DNA from: a virus
Lineage: Duplodnaviria; Heunggongvirae; Uroviricota; Caudoviricetes
Direction: 5' to 3' (one strand)
Length of the DNA: 45,541 bases
Virus record (IMG/VR): IMGVR_UViG_3300008262_000026
The translations under genes were made by a program, and so were the position numbers. How positions within the stretch are numbered: the stretch's first letter is position 1; the number at the start of each line of letters is the position of its first letter. Shown here piece after piece: positions 1 through 11,100 of this stretch. The notes beneath the pieces were generated by a model. It was not told the origin of the DNA. It saw only the letters and a program-made list of their open reading frames with translations, and did not search any database.

Positions 1-3000
1 TACAATCGAAGATTGCTGGTCAATCCAAGAGAATTTTCTTCTATAGATCTTGAAAATAATATCATAACTATTGATAATCACGGATATTATACAGGACAGA
101 AAGTTTTATATACCTCAGATACCCCTGCAACAGGACTATTAAATGAAAGTTGCTACTATATTGTAACTATTGATCCGAACAAAATCAAATTATCGGATAG
201 TTATTACAAATCAACTAAAAAAATACCAGAAGTAATTAATATTACTTCTTCTACTCCTGGTACAATTTCCCCAATCAATCCACCTTTAAAGGTGATAAGA
301 AATCAGAATGTTATTTTTGATCTCTCAGATCCTTCGTTGTCATTTGTTAGTAACTACATTACATATCCGGCATTTGATTTTAAAATTTATCTTGATGAGA
401 AGTTTGCGATGGAATTTGATTCCACATTCACTTCTCCAATTTTTGAAGTATCTAAAACTGGCGAAGTTGGAATAGACTCTACTGCAAAAGTTGTTTTATC
501 AATAAATCAAAATGTCCCTGGTACATTATACTATAATTTAATTCCAGTAAATACAGATTTGAATTTGGATATTAAAAAAGAAATTTTTGCTGATAGTGAG
601 GTAATTAGTTCAAATAAGATTTCGATAGTCGAAAGTGGTTATAACGGCAAATATACCATCACTGAAGTATCTCCAACTTCTTTCAAATACAACATCCCAC
701 AGAAACCTGAATTATATTCGTACACTGACAACGCAGAATATTATACGAACTCACTTTTCGCAAAAGGTCCAATTAAAGGAATAACACTCCAAAATGGAGG
801 AAAAAACTATAATTCATTGCCAGGTATTACTTCAATCTCATCAAATTCTGGGTATGGATGTATTTTAGAACCTGTTACGACTTCTATAGGTAAAATTACT
901 TCCACAGAAATACAAGATATTGGTTTTAATTATTCAGCAGATTATAGCGTTAGACCCACTGCAAAGCTACCTGACATTTTTATATTAGATTCTTTATCAT
1001 CATTCGAATCCATTGGCATAACTTCTTTTGGAAGAAATTATAATTCTGTACCAAAATTAGTTGTTGTTGATGGTCTAACAAATAAAGTTATTTCTGATGT
1101 AAATTTAACTTATTCGTTTGGTGATTCCCAAGTTACTATTCTTAAGAATAATTCATCGCTTAGTAATGTTGCTCCCAAAATTATCCCAACAAATAATTCG
1201 AATGGAATAAAAATTAATAATATACAATTCAATCCATCATCAAAAGATGTAGTCGTAACCTTAGGAGCAAGTTTTAGTGATCCTGAAGATTTTCCATTTT
1301 TTATTGGAGAGAAGGTATTAATAGAAGGTATTAGTGTCGGTATTGCAACAACCGCAAGAGGATATAATTCATCAAACTATGATTACTCAGTATTCACTTT
1401 AACTGGAGTAACTACTGCTCTTGGTGGAATTGGAGCAACTGTATCATATAATCTTTCTTCTTATTTGGAAGACGGGCAAATTCCAGGAACTTTCAATACT
1501 TCCAATTCTTCTGGAAAAATAGTTCCACAATCACATTTTCCAATTTTCAGTCCAGTCCTCAAAAAGAATGATTTTTATACAGGTGAGGTAGTATATTCTA
1601 CATCATCTACTGGAAATGTTGAATATTGGGACTCAATTAATCAATATCTCAAGGTATCAACTGTAGATACGTTTGTGTCAAATGACACTATAATCGGGAA
1701 ATCTTCCGGGTCTGTTGCGATAATAAAAGGTATTATAAGTTATGATGCTGACTATAAAATTGATTCTTCTTCACCCAATAGAAAAGGATGGAATACTGAA
1801 ACTGGATTTTTAAACAATGATTTCCAGAGAATTCATGATAGTGACTACTATCAATATTTTTCTTATTCACTAAAATCTCAAAAAGACTTTAGTACTTGGG
1901 ATAATCCCGTCAGTTCTTTGAATCATACTGCAGGTTTTAAAAAGTTTAGTAATCTGATAATTGAATCTGAGCAATCAAATTCTGGTATTTTAACGGATCA
2001 GAATAATGGAGATTTTAGTGGCACCGCAAATTTATATAATTTTGTTGATCTAAACTGCGTTTTTGATTTTGATTTGGCTAGAGAAAATAATCTAACTATT
2101 GACCAAAATATTAAATCAGATGAGATAATTTTGAATTCTAGAGTAATTCAAGACTATATCGAATCTATAGGTAATAGAGTCCTGACTCTAGATAATATTT
2201 CTGATCAGTTCAATAGTAATCCTAGACCAACGGAATTTAGTGTCGTAGACTCATTCCCTCTAAATGATGCCAGATCTAAAAAATATATCATATCAATCCA
2301 GGACAAAAAGATTTTGGATGAAAAGCAAATAACTGCCGTTTCGTTGATTTATGACGGTTATTATGGATTTTTAAATCAATATGGAGTACAAACTTTAGGG
2401 AATTTGGGATCTTTTGATTTCAATATTTCAGGAAGTAACGGAAATTTATTGTTCTATCCAATAAAATCAAAATTTAATGATTATTATTTAAACATATTCT
2501 CATTTGCATTAAATGATGTTGTCAGTGGTATAAGTACGATAAACCTAGGAAATTCTGCGTATATTCATACGAATACAGTTGCAATTGCACAGGGGTCATC
2601 TACTGCTAATACTATTGTTGGTATAGCATCAACATATAGATCATCCAAGATCCTGGTACAAATCGGGTCTACTACTTCTTCATATTGCGAATATGATGAA
2701 ATCACATATATTCACGATGAAAATGAGGTTTATTTCCTGGATTATGGGCAACTTTCTACTAATTCAATCTCCTCAAGATATTCATCAGGAATAGGTACAT
2801 ATAATGCATATATTTCTGGATCAGAAATTAAAATTGATTTAATACCCAATGATCCTACATCGGAAAATTATACAGTAAATACCTTTAACATATCATTGTC
2901 GAATGGGAATGTTTCTGGGGTTGGAACAGAAACTGTAGGAGGAAGTTCTATCAATTCATCTTCTCTTGGTATTGGTTCCAGCAATTCACCAATACCAAAT

Positions 3001-6000
3001 ATAATTGCATCATATTCTAATCTGGATTATATTTCTTCTTATTTGATACTCAGCATTGAAGATAAAACAAATTTACAGTATCAGATTTCTGAAATTTTAG
3101 TTCTAACCAATTCCGATGAATGTTACCTCACCGAATTTGGAGTACTACAAACAAATTCTATTCTTGGAGTAACTACTGCGGGCATTTCTGGAAACAAAAC
3201 AAACATTTATTTTACTCCAATAGAAAATATTGAAGTTGATGTTAAGGTGTTCTTGACTAATATTGGATTATCTGATGAAGTATCGCAGATTTCATTAAAT
3301 AAAGGTTCCGTTAATTATTCTTATGGGGAATATGTTGGTTCTAATAATGATATCAAAAAGCAATTTAATTTAACACATCAAAATTTGCCAATATTCCAAA
3401 GATATTTCAAAGGAAATGATTCCAATATTGTTAATATTAATAGCAATACTATCAGAATTCCAAATCACTTTTATGTAACTGGCGAGGAAATTGAATATTC
3501 ATATAAAGATTCGGAATTAGATACTACAAAAGCTATTGGTATAGCAACAACTTCTATTTCTGGAATAGGAATAACTGATAAACTACCTTCGTCACTGTAC
3601 GTAGTTAAAGTCAATGATCTTGACATTAGAGTTGCATCTTCTGCATCCAACGCACTCAAGACAATTCCAAATGTTTTAGACATAACTTCAGTTGGTATAG
3701 GAAGTTCGCACCTGTTTACCTCAAAGAATCAAAATGAAAAAGTAATCATAGGAATAGATAATTTAATACAGTCCCCGATAGTATCTACTGCGATTACATC
3801 AACATTGACTGGTAATATCTCAGTTTTTTCTGATCAGATATTTGTTTCTGGAATTAGTTCAATATATGGTGGCGATTTTATTAAAATTGACAGTGAAATT
3901 ATGAAAGTAACTTCAGTTGGAGTCGGCAGTACGAATGCAATTTCTGTACTTAGACCTTGGTTTGGATCTAGAATTTCATCTCACACATCTTCCACATTAG
4001 TCACTAAAATTCAAGGAAATTATAATATTGTAGATAATATACTCTATTTTTCTGAGGCGCCATATGGAAAGGTTCCATTTGTCAATTTATCAAATCGTGG
4101 CGATGAAGAGGACTATGCAGGAATAGTAACCGGATCTACTTTTAGTGGAAGGGTATTCTTGAGGTCTGGATTATCCGGATCAAATGAAGAAGCATATGAA
4201 AAAAATTATATATTTGATGATATTTCCAAAGATTTTAATGGAAAGAAAAATACTTTTACTTTAAAATCAAATGGACAGAATATTTCGGGAATATCTACAG
4301 ACAATTGTATTTTGTTGATCAATAATATATTCCAAGGTCCAGATAATTTAGGCGATTACACTATCAACGAAAACGCTGGCATAAGTTCAGTTTCATTTAC
4401 CGGAACACCAACAACTAATAACTATGACGTAAATACCTCCAGTATTCCTAGAGGTGGAATTATACTTTCCGTGGGTTCCTCTCAGGGATTTGGATACCAA
4501 CCCTTAGTTTCTGCGGGAGGAACTGCGATTGTATCAGCAGCAGGTACAATTCAATCAATTAGTATTGGAAATAGTGGATCCGGGTATAGATCAGGAATAC
4601 AAAAAACAATTAATGTTGGCGTGAAAACCGAAAGTACTGGAATTCCAAATGTTCAATTCATAGGAACTGCTACTGTCAGCAATGGGTACATTGTAGGCGT
4701 GTCTATCACAAATCCAGGTATTGGATATACTTCAACAAATCCACCAATAGTTATTTTTGATGCTCCACTTTCATATTCAAACGTACCATTAATTTACAGT
4801 TCAAAGTCATCATCAGGACTTGGAACTGGAGCAATTGTCGATATTGTTGTTGGGCAGGGATCCAGTATAATTTCATTTGAATTAAAAAATCTTGGTTATG
4901 GATATAATAAGAATGAAATATTAACAGTTTCTATTGGCGGAACGACTGGAATACCAACAACTTCATCTCCGAGTTTTTCTGAGTTTGAGATTTTTGTCGA
5001 TGATATTGCTTCAGATAATTTCAGTGCGTGGTCAATCGGAAATCTGCAAATAATTGATTCCATAGATTCATTATTTGACGACAAAACCAGGGAATTTCCA
5101 ATAATCATAAACGGAAATCAGACAACAATTAGGTCCAAAAAAGGTTCAAACATTGATGTCCAGGCAACATTACTCGTATTTCTTAACGATGTTTTACAAG
5201 TTCCAGGTCAAGGATATACGTTTAGAGGTGGAAGTACGTTGATATTTGCAGAAGCTCCAAAAGTAGGTGACAGATCAAAGTTATTATTCTATAAAGGAAC
5301 TGGTGATGTTGATACACAGAACGTCGATGTATTGGAAAGCATAAAGATTGGTGACATTGTTACTCTAAGTAGCGACAATATCGATCTGATAGAATATGAG
5401 AGATTGGTATCAGAGATTGTTTCTTCGGATATAATGAACACTAATTTATATGATGGACCAGGTATAAGTCAAAATGAAGATTTATATAGACCGCTATCTT
5501 GGTGCAGACAAACTGAAGATTTAGTTGTAAATGGGAAGCAAGTTGCAAAAGATAGGATAATTTATGAGTCTTATATTCAACCATCCACAAACATAATTAG
5601 AAATATTAGTGTTGGATCTACTGTATTTTTTGTCGAAAGTGTTAAGACTTTCTTCGATAGTGAGGGAGAATATCTTCACAATGGTACTAATGAAAAACCC
5701 CAAAATAAAATTATAATAATATCTCAGGATTCTATAGTATCCGCATCAGCAACTGTCGTAGTTTCTTCTTCTGGAACAATTTCCAGTGTTAATATGACAG
5801 ATAATGGAGTTGGTTACACTACTTCTCCTTCAATTTCCATATCAAATCCAATAGGAATTGGATCAACCGGCGTTGCAGTATTTAATTCATCCATCATCAA
5901 CGGATCCGTATCATCAATAGAAATATTGAATGGTGGATTTGGGTATGATCAATCCCTTCCCCCATCTGTATTATTTGAATCCCCGGCGTCTTCTTATGAA

Positions 6001-6564
6001 GTGTTGGATAACGTTTCTTATGAGGGTGATTTTGGAATTATTACTGGGATCAGTACAGTTTCTGTTGGCGTAGCTTCTACTGGAATTGCATTTGACTTCT
6101 TTATCCCTCTTAATTCTACACTAAGAAATAAAAATATTGTTAAGGTTGGAATAGCAACTACGGGAATTAGTGGAATTCAAACTGGATATTACTTTGTAAT
6201 TAACAAATCAAACGTTGGAAAGGGTGTTACTTCACTCGATTCTTCCCAAAATGTTGTTGGGGTTGGCACCAGTTTTATTGATAATATCTATCAGGTTGCT
6301 TCAGTTTCTATTGCACAGACTTCTGTTGCTGGAGTTGGAATTACTAATGTTGCCAAAGTTATTGTAAGTGTTTCTGGTTATAATAATTTAACTGGACTTG
6401 GATTCAGTGGTTTTTATGGAGAATATAGTTGGGGTAAAATTTCTTCTGGTACAAGAACAAGTCCAAAGGAATTTGTATCGTATGCAAATAGTGGAGGAAT
6501 TTCAACTTCTCCAATTATCCAAAGATTTAATAGACTAAAATATATTGGGTATTCTACAACATAA
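1..6564 (+). CDS. gp7: Giant baseplate wedge/structural protein (cyanophage gp7-like), 5'-truncated by the window edge
   Basis: Frame is open from base 1 (TAC AAT CGA AGA TTG...), so TTG at 13 is not the true start. More than 2180 aa, Ser/Thr/Gly/Ile-rich with GIGT/GIATT motifs and NxGxGY repeats; lies directly upstream of gp8 as in T4-like cyanophages. Confidence 0.7.
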   Translation, partial: YNRRLLVNPREFSSIDLENNIITIDNHGYYTGQKVLYTSDTPATGLLNESCYYIVTIDPNKIKLSDSYYKSTKKIPEVINITSSTPGTISPINPPLKVIRNQNVIFDLSDPSLSFVSNYITYPAFDFKIYLDEKFAMEFDSTFTSPIFEVSKTGEVGIDSTAKVVLSINQNVPGTLYYNLIPVNTDLNLDIKKEIFADSEVISSNKISIVESGYNGKYTITEVSPTSFKYNIPQKPELYSYTDNAEYYTNSLFAKGPIKGITLQNGGKNYNSLPGITSISSNSGYGCILEPVTTSIGKITSTEIQDIGFNYSADYSVRPTAKLPDIFILDSLSSFESIGITSFGRNYNSVPKLVVVDGLTNKVISDVNLTYSFGDSQVTILKNNSSLSNVAPKIIPTNNSNGIKINNIQFNPSSKDVVVTLGASFSDPEDFPFFIGEKVLIEGISVGIATTARGYNSSNYDYSVFTLTGVTTALGGIGATVSYNLSSYLEDGQIPGTFNTSNSSGKIVPQSHFPIFSPVLKKNDFYTGEVVYSTSSTGNVEYWDSINQYLKVSTVDTFVSNDTIIGKSSGSVAIIKGIISYDADYKIDSSSPNRKGWNTETGFLNNDFQRIHDSDYYQYFSYSLKSQKDFSTWDNPVSSLNHTAGFKKFSNLIIESEQSNSGILTDQNNGDFSGTANLYNFVDLNCVFDFDLARENNLTIDQNIKSDEIILNSRVIQDYIESIGNRVLTLDNISDQFNSNPRPTEFSVVDSFPLNDARSKKYIISIQDKKILDEKQITAVSLIYDGYYGFLNQYGVQTLGNLGSFDFNISGSNGNLLFYPIKSKFNDYYLNIFSFALNDVVSGISTINLGNSAYIHTNTVAIAQGSSTANTIVGIASTYRSSKILVQIGSTTSSYCEYDEITYIHDENEVYFLDYGQLSTNSISSRYSSGIGTYNAYISGSEIKIDLIPNDPTSENYTVNTFNISLSNGNVSGVGTETVGGSSINSSSLGIGSSNSPIPNIIASYSNLDYISSYLILSIEDKTNLQYQISEILVLTNSDECYLTEFGVLQTNSILGVTTAGISGNKTNIYFTPIENIEVDVKVFLTNIGLSDEVSQISLNKGSVNYSYGEYVGSNNDIKKQFNLTHQNLPIFQRYFKGNDSNIVNINSNTIRIPNHFYVTGEEIEYSYKDSELDTTKAIGIATTSISGIGITDKLPSSLYVVKVNDLDIRVASSASNALKTIPNVLDITSVGIGSSHLFTSKNQNEKVIIGIDNLIQSPIVSTAITSTLTGNISVFSDQIFVSGISSIYGGDFIKIDSEIMKVTSVGVGSTNAISVLRPWFGSRISSHTSSTLVTKIQGNYNIVDNILYFSEAPYGKVPFVNLSNRGDEEDYAGIVTGSTFSGRVFLRSGLSGSNEEAYEKNYIFDDISKDFNGKKNTFTLKSNGQNISGISTDNCILLINNIFQGPDNLGDYTINENAGISSVSFTGTPTTNNYDVNTSSIPRGGIILSVGSSQGFGYQPLVSAGGTAIVSAAGTIQSISIGNSGSGYRSGIQKTINVGVKTESTGIPNVQFIGTATVSNGYIVGVSITNPGIGYTSTNPPIVIFDAPLSYSNVPLIYSSKSSSGLGTGAIVDIVVGQGSSIISFELKNLGYGYNKNEILTVSIGGTTGIPTTSSPSFSEFEIFVDDIASDNFSAWSIGNLQIIDSIDSLFDDKTREFPIIINGNQTTIRSKKGSNIDVQATLLVFLNDVLQVPGQGYTFRGGSTLIFAEAPKVGDRSKLLFYKGTGDVDTQNVDVLESIKIGDIVTLSSDNIDLIEYERLVSEIVSSDIMNTNLYDGPGISQNEDLYRPLSWCRQTEDLVVNGKQVAKDRIIYESYIQPSTNIIRNISVGSTVFFVESVKTFFDSEGEYLHNGTNEKPQNKIIIISQDSIVSASATVVVSSSGTISSVNMTDNGVGYTTSPSISISNPIGIGSTGVAVFNSSIINGSVSSIEILNGGFGYDQSLPPSVLFESPASSYEVLDNVSYEGDFGIITGISTVSVGVASTGIAFDFFIPLNSTLRNKNIVKVGIATTGISGIQTGYYFVINKSNVGKGVTSLDSSQNVVGVGTSFIDNIYQVASVSIAQTSVAGVGITNVAKVIVSVSGYNNLTGLGFSGFYGEYSWGKISSGTRTSPKEFVSYANSGGISTSPIIQRFNRLKYIGYSTT

Positions 6565-6567
6565 ATA
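6561..6567 (+). promoter_or_regulatory. T4-type late promoter (ATAAATA)
   Basis: ATAAATA 16 nt upstream of the gp8 ATG; matches the gp55 consensus TATAAATA. Confidence 0.7.
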
Positions 6568-6583
6568 GATAAAAAACCGTAAA

Positions 6584-8134
6584 ATGTCTGCAATTATTAC
6601 TGACCAATTAAGAATCTTGAATGCGAAGAATTTTGTATCTGCAGCAACTTCTTCAAATAATTCATACTATGCATTTGTTGGTTTGCCAAATGCCACTGAC
6701 TATTCTTCAACCTGGGACAATATTCCCCCTGCTCCAAAGGATAGTTTTGAGCAAGAAAATGATTATTGGGACACCATGATTGCCTTAAAAAAAATTAAGG
6801 CCAATGATGTCAACCAAGTTATCAAGAAAGTAACCTGGTTGTCGGGGATTACTTACGATATGTACCGCCATGATATCAGCAGAACAAACACTTCGAAACC
6901 ATCTGGAGCGACAAGTATATATTCCACAAATTACTATGTAATCAATAGTGATTATAAAGTTTATATTTGTCTCCACAACGGAACAGATCCAGAAAATCCA
7001 AATGGAAGACCATCTCTAGATGAACCTACATTTACGGATTTGGAACCAAAGGCAGCAGGAGATAGTGGAGATGGTTATATCTGGAAATATCTCTATACAA
7101 TTAAACCAAGTGAAATTATAAAATTTGACAGTATTAATTTTATACCAGTACCAAAAGACTGGGAAACAAACAGTGAATATGCGCCAATTAGAACCAATGC
7201 CACAAGTGAAAATAATCAACTTAAGATTATTACCATTACAAATAGGGGTATTGGACTAGGAACTGCAAATACAATATACACAAATGTGCCAATTAAGGGT
7301 GATGGTGTTGGTGCTAAAGCAACGATAGTTATTAACAACGATTCGAAAGTTGAATCAATAACAGTTTCATCTGGTGGTTCTGGATACACTTATGGAACTG
7401 TAGATTTAGTTGGAGCAAACTTTCCAACAGGCACAACTACACCAACGTTCGATGTTATTATCCCACCAAAGGGAGGTCATGGCGCAGACATTTACAGAGA
7501 ACTTGGGTCATATAACGTTTTAATTTATTCGCGAATAGAGAATGATATAGAAAATCCAGATTTTACTACGGGAAATAAAATTGCTAGGGTTGGTATTATA
7601 GAAAATCCTCAGGCATACGATTCATCATCTTTGCTTGATATTGAGAAGGCAAGCGCAGTTTATGCACTAAAACTTGCTGGAGTAGGGTATAGTAGTGCAA
7701 CTTTTGTGGCAAACTCTAAAATCACACAAACAATAAGTACCGGAACAACAGCAGTGGGCAGAGTTGTTTCTTATGATCAAAATACTGGTATTTTGAAATA
7801 TTGGCAAGATAAAAGTCTTGTTGGTTTCAATACAGATGGTTCCCAAAATCCATCACCAGAATATGGAATTAATTTAAATAGATTTACAAGTTCGGTTGGA
7901 ACTGGCGGAACAACATTTATCAACCAAACAAATTTATACATTGATACTTCATTTACGGGCGTTTCTACTACAATAAATAATAGGACATATAACCTAGGTC
8001 AATCTTTCATTAATGGTGTAGCAAACCCAGAAGCAAAAAAATATTCTGGAAACATAATTTATGTGGATAATAGACCATCAATTACTAGGTCATCAAACCA
8101 AAAAGAAGATATTAAAGTTATTTTGCAATTTTAA
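6584..8134 (+). CDS. gp8: Baseplate wedge subunit gp8
   Basis: MSAIITDQLRILNAKNF start; W..G..YDMY, YKVYICLHNG, DGYIWKYLYTI and NIIYVDNR..EDIKVILQF motifs typical of cyanophage gp8. Confidence 0.9.
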   Translation: MSAIITDQLRILNAKNFVSAATSSNNSYYAFVGLPNATDYSSTWDNIPPAPKDSFEQENDYWDTMIALKKIKANDVNQVIKKVTWLSGITYDMYRHDISRTNTSKPSGATSIYSTNYYVINSDYKVYICLHNGTDPENPNGRPSLDEPTFTDLEPKAAGDSGDGYIWKYLYTIKPSEIIKFDSINFIPVPKDWETNSEYAPIRTNATSENNQLKIITITNRGIGLGTANTIYTNVPIKGDGVGAKATIVINNDSKVESITVSSGGSGYTYGTVDLVGANFPTGTTTPTFDVIIPPKGGHGADIYRELGSYNVLIYSRIENDIENPDFTTGNKIARVGIIENPQAYDSSSLLDIEKASAVYALKLAGVGYSSATFVANSKITQTISTGTTAVGRVVSYDQNTGILKYWQDKSLVGFNTDGSQNPSPEYGINLNRFTSSVGTGGTTFINQTNLYIDTSFTGVSTTINNRTYNLGQSFINGVANPEAKKYSGNIIYVDNRPSITRSSNQKEDIKVILQF

Positions 8135-8140
8135 AGAATT

Positions 8141-11100
8141 ATGTCACAAGAAACTAATTTCAACGTCTCTCCTTATTTTGATGACTTTGATGCGGACAAA
8201 AATTACCATAAGGTATTATTCAAACCTGGATACCCTATTCAAGCAAGAGAACTTAATACTATACAGTCTATATTAAAAAATCAAGTTGAACAATTTGGAA
8301 ATCATATCTTCAAAGAGGGTTCTGTCGTAATTCCTGGTCAATTTTCCTATGAAAGTCCATTTTATGCAGTTGAATTAGAATCAACATACAACGGATCTCC
8401 TATTTCTTTGTATTTTGAAAATCTTTTAGGAAAAACTATCTCTGGTTCTAGTAGCGGAGTATCTGCGAAAATTGTATACCTATTAGACAGTAAAGATTCT
8501 GTAAGAGGCAATTACACAATATATGTACAATATCTGAAAAGTGGTGGATCAGACTTTAGTACTAAAGTCTTTGCTGACGGAGAGACTTTAATAACAGAAA
8601 ATGATGTTCAATATGGGAATTTTAATATTCCCCCCGGCCAAGCAATTTGCAATACAATTTCAACAAACGCAACATCAGAAGGTTCTTCGGTAAAGGTAGC
8701 TCCTGGTGTTTATTTTGTTAGGGGTACTTTTGTAAACGTCACTGAGCAAAGAATTCTTCTGGACCAATATGATCAAAATCCTTCTTACAAGGTAGGATTT
8801 AATGTTATAGAAACTATTGTTACTTCTGATGAAGATGATTCGTTATATGATAATGCTCAAGGATTTTCTAACTATGCTGCCCCAGGCGCAGATAGATTTA
8901 AAATAGAATTGGAATTATCCAAAAAGCAATTTGACGAAGACACTTCAAATTTTGTAGAAATACTCAGGGTATTAGATGGTGTTCCGCAATTTTTTGATAA
9001 AAATCCACAATATAATTTAATTAGGGAAGAACTTGCGAGAAGAACGTCAGATACTAATGGTGATTATTATGTCAAACCATTTACATTATTTGTTCAGGAT
9101 AGTCTGAATGATAAAGTTCTCAATAATGGTATATATTTTGAAGATCAAATAACTTCAAGTGGAAATAATCCATCTGAAGATATGATGATATACCAAATTG
9201 GACCTGGTAAGGCATATGTCAATGGATATGATGTAGAGACCATTTCACCAAGACTCTTAGATGTAAAAAAACCAAGAACTTCAAAAGATCTAACCAACCA
9301 AGTAATTTCTTATAATGCAGGAAATTTGGTTGTTGTTAATAATTCCTACGGTTCTGCTTCTATTAGCCTAGGAACAACTTCATATGTAAGTTTGATGGAT
9401 TCCCGCATAGGAAGCACCGCTCACGTTGCATCCGGTACTACTATAGGTGTGGCTCGGGTTTATGATTATGTTCCAGAATCAAATTATGTTGACGATACAA
9501 GTAGATTGAATCTTAGACTATTTGATATACAAACTTTTACAAATATAACCCTGACATCTAACGTCACACAATCAATACCAGCCTTTATACAAGGCAAAAA
9601 GAGTAATGCTACTGGATATCTGAAGTATTCTGTTTCAAATTCATCATCCCTAACACTATATCAAGTATCTGGAACATTTTCAGAAAATGAACAAGTAATC
9701 ATAAATGGTGCTGATAATGGAAGACTAATAAACTCAGTTAGAGACTATAAATTTTCTGATGTAAAATCACTATATTCTAATGTGGGCATATCCACATTTA
9801 ATGCCGATTTAGTCTTAGATTCGGGATTTATTTTAGCACCTCAAGGAACTCCTTTTAATATCAGTGCAGCATCGGCAGGAATTAGTACAGTTTCCGTGGG
9901 ATTGGAAAATAAATTTACCAATAAAATTTCAGCAGGTGATATAATTTCATATCCAAATCCAACTACAGGGTCAGATATAATATACAATAAAGTCAATTCG
10001 GTCAGTGCTGGGGGAACTAATTTCACAATTTCTGCGCTAACAAGTGTTTCTGGTATTTGTTCTGGAAATCTTCCAAGTTCCGATATCACTACTACTAATG
10101 TAAATAAAGTATATTCGTCTTCATATAATTCAAATAGTTCTTTATTGACAAAATTAAATAAAAAAAATATATCTTCAATTTCTTTAGAAAATAATGAGAT
10201 TCTTCAGAGAAGAGTATTTTCAAACGTCTCCTTTTCCTCAAATAAAATAGAAATTACTGTTAGTGAACCCAGTGTATATTTTGACTCCTTTGATGAGGAT
10301 AAATTTATTATTACATATAGTGATGGAACATTAGAACCACTAAGAAGAGATAAGTATTCTGTTAATGGTACTGCGAAGCAATTGACTTTCAGTGGATTAA
10401 AATATTCAAGCGGCACTGCAGAAGTTATTGCTACTGTAAAGAATATAAACCCTAACTCAAAAATTAAAAAATTAAATAAAGTTAATACATTAATCATCAA
10501 TAATTCTAAGTATTCTTCATCTGGTATAGGAACTACAACTTTAAATGATGGATTGACATACAACGCAACATATGGAACAAGAGTTCAAGATGAAGAAATT
10601 TGCCTGAATGTTCCCGACGTATTAAATGTATTGGCTGTATATGAGTCTTCGTCTATTGCTGACCCATCTTTACCAAACTTAAAATTAACCTCCTTTACTG
10701 GACCAACCAATAATAATCAAGATTATATTATTGGAGAACAAATAGTAGGAAAAACTTCAGGAGCTGTTGGTCTAGTGGTCAATAGGATTTCAACTGATAC
10801 TATTGAATATGTTTATTTGAACTTAAATCAATTCACAGAAAATGAGATTATAAAGGGAAAGGAATCATCTATTGAATCTATAATAACTTCAAAGTATTTG
10901 GGAGACAAAAATACAACACGAAATTTTATTTTAGATGATGGCCAAAGAGACCAATACTATGATTATGGAAGAATTATAAGAAGGGAGAATGTTTTAGAAC
11001 CTTCCAAAAAAATAAAAATAGTATTTCAAAATTATACAATAGATTCTGGTGATACTGGAGAATTCATAACAGTAAATAGTTATCCAAACGTTGATTATAA

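Noticed and set aside
7973-7979. ATAAATA inside g8
   Set aside because: Falls in coding sequence (T-I-N-N codons) about 160 nt before the next gene; may be chance in AT-rich DNA.
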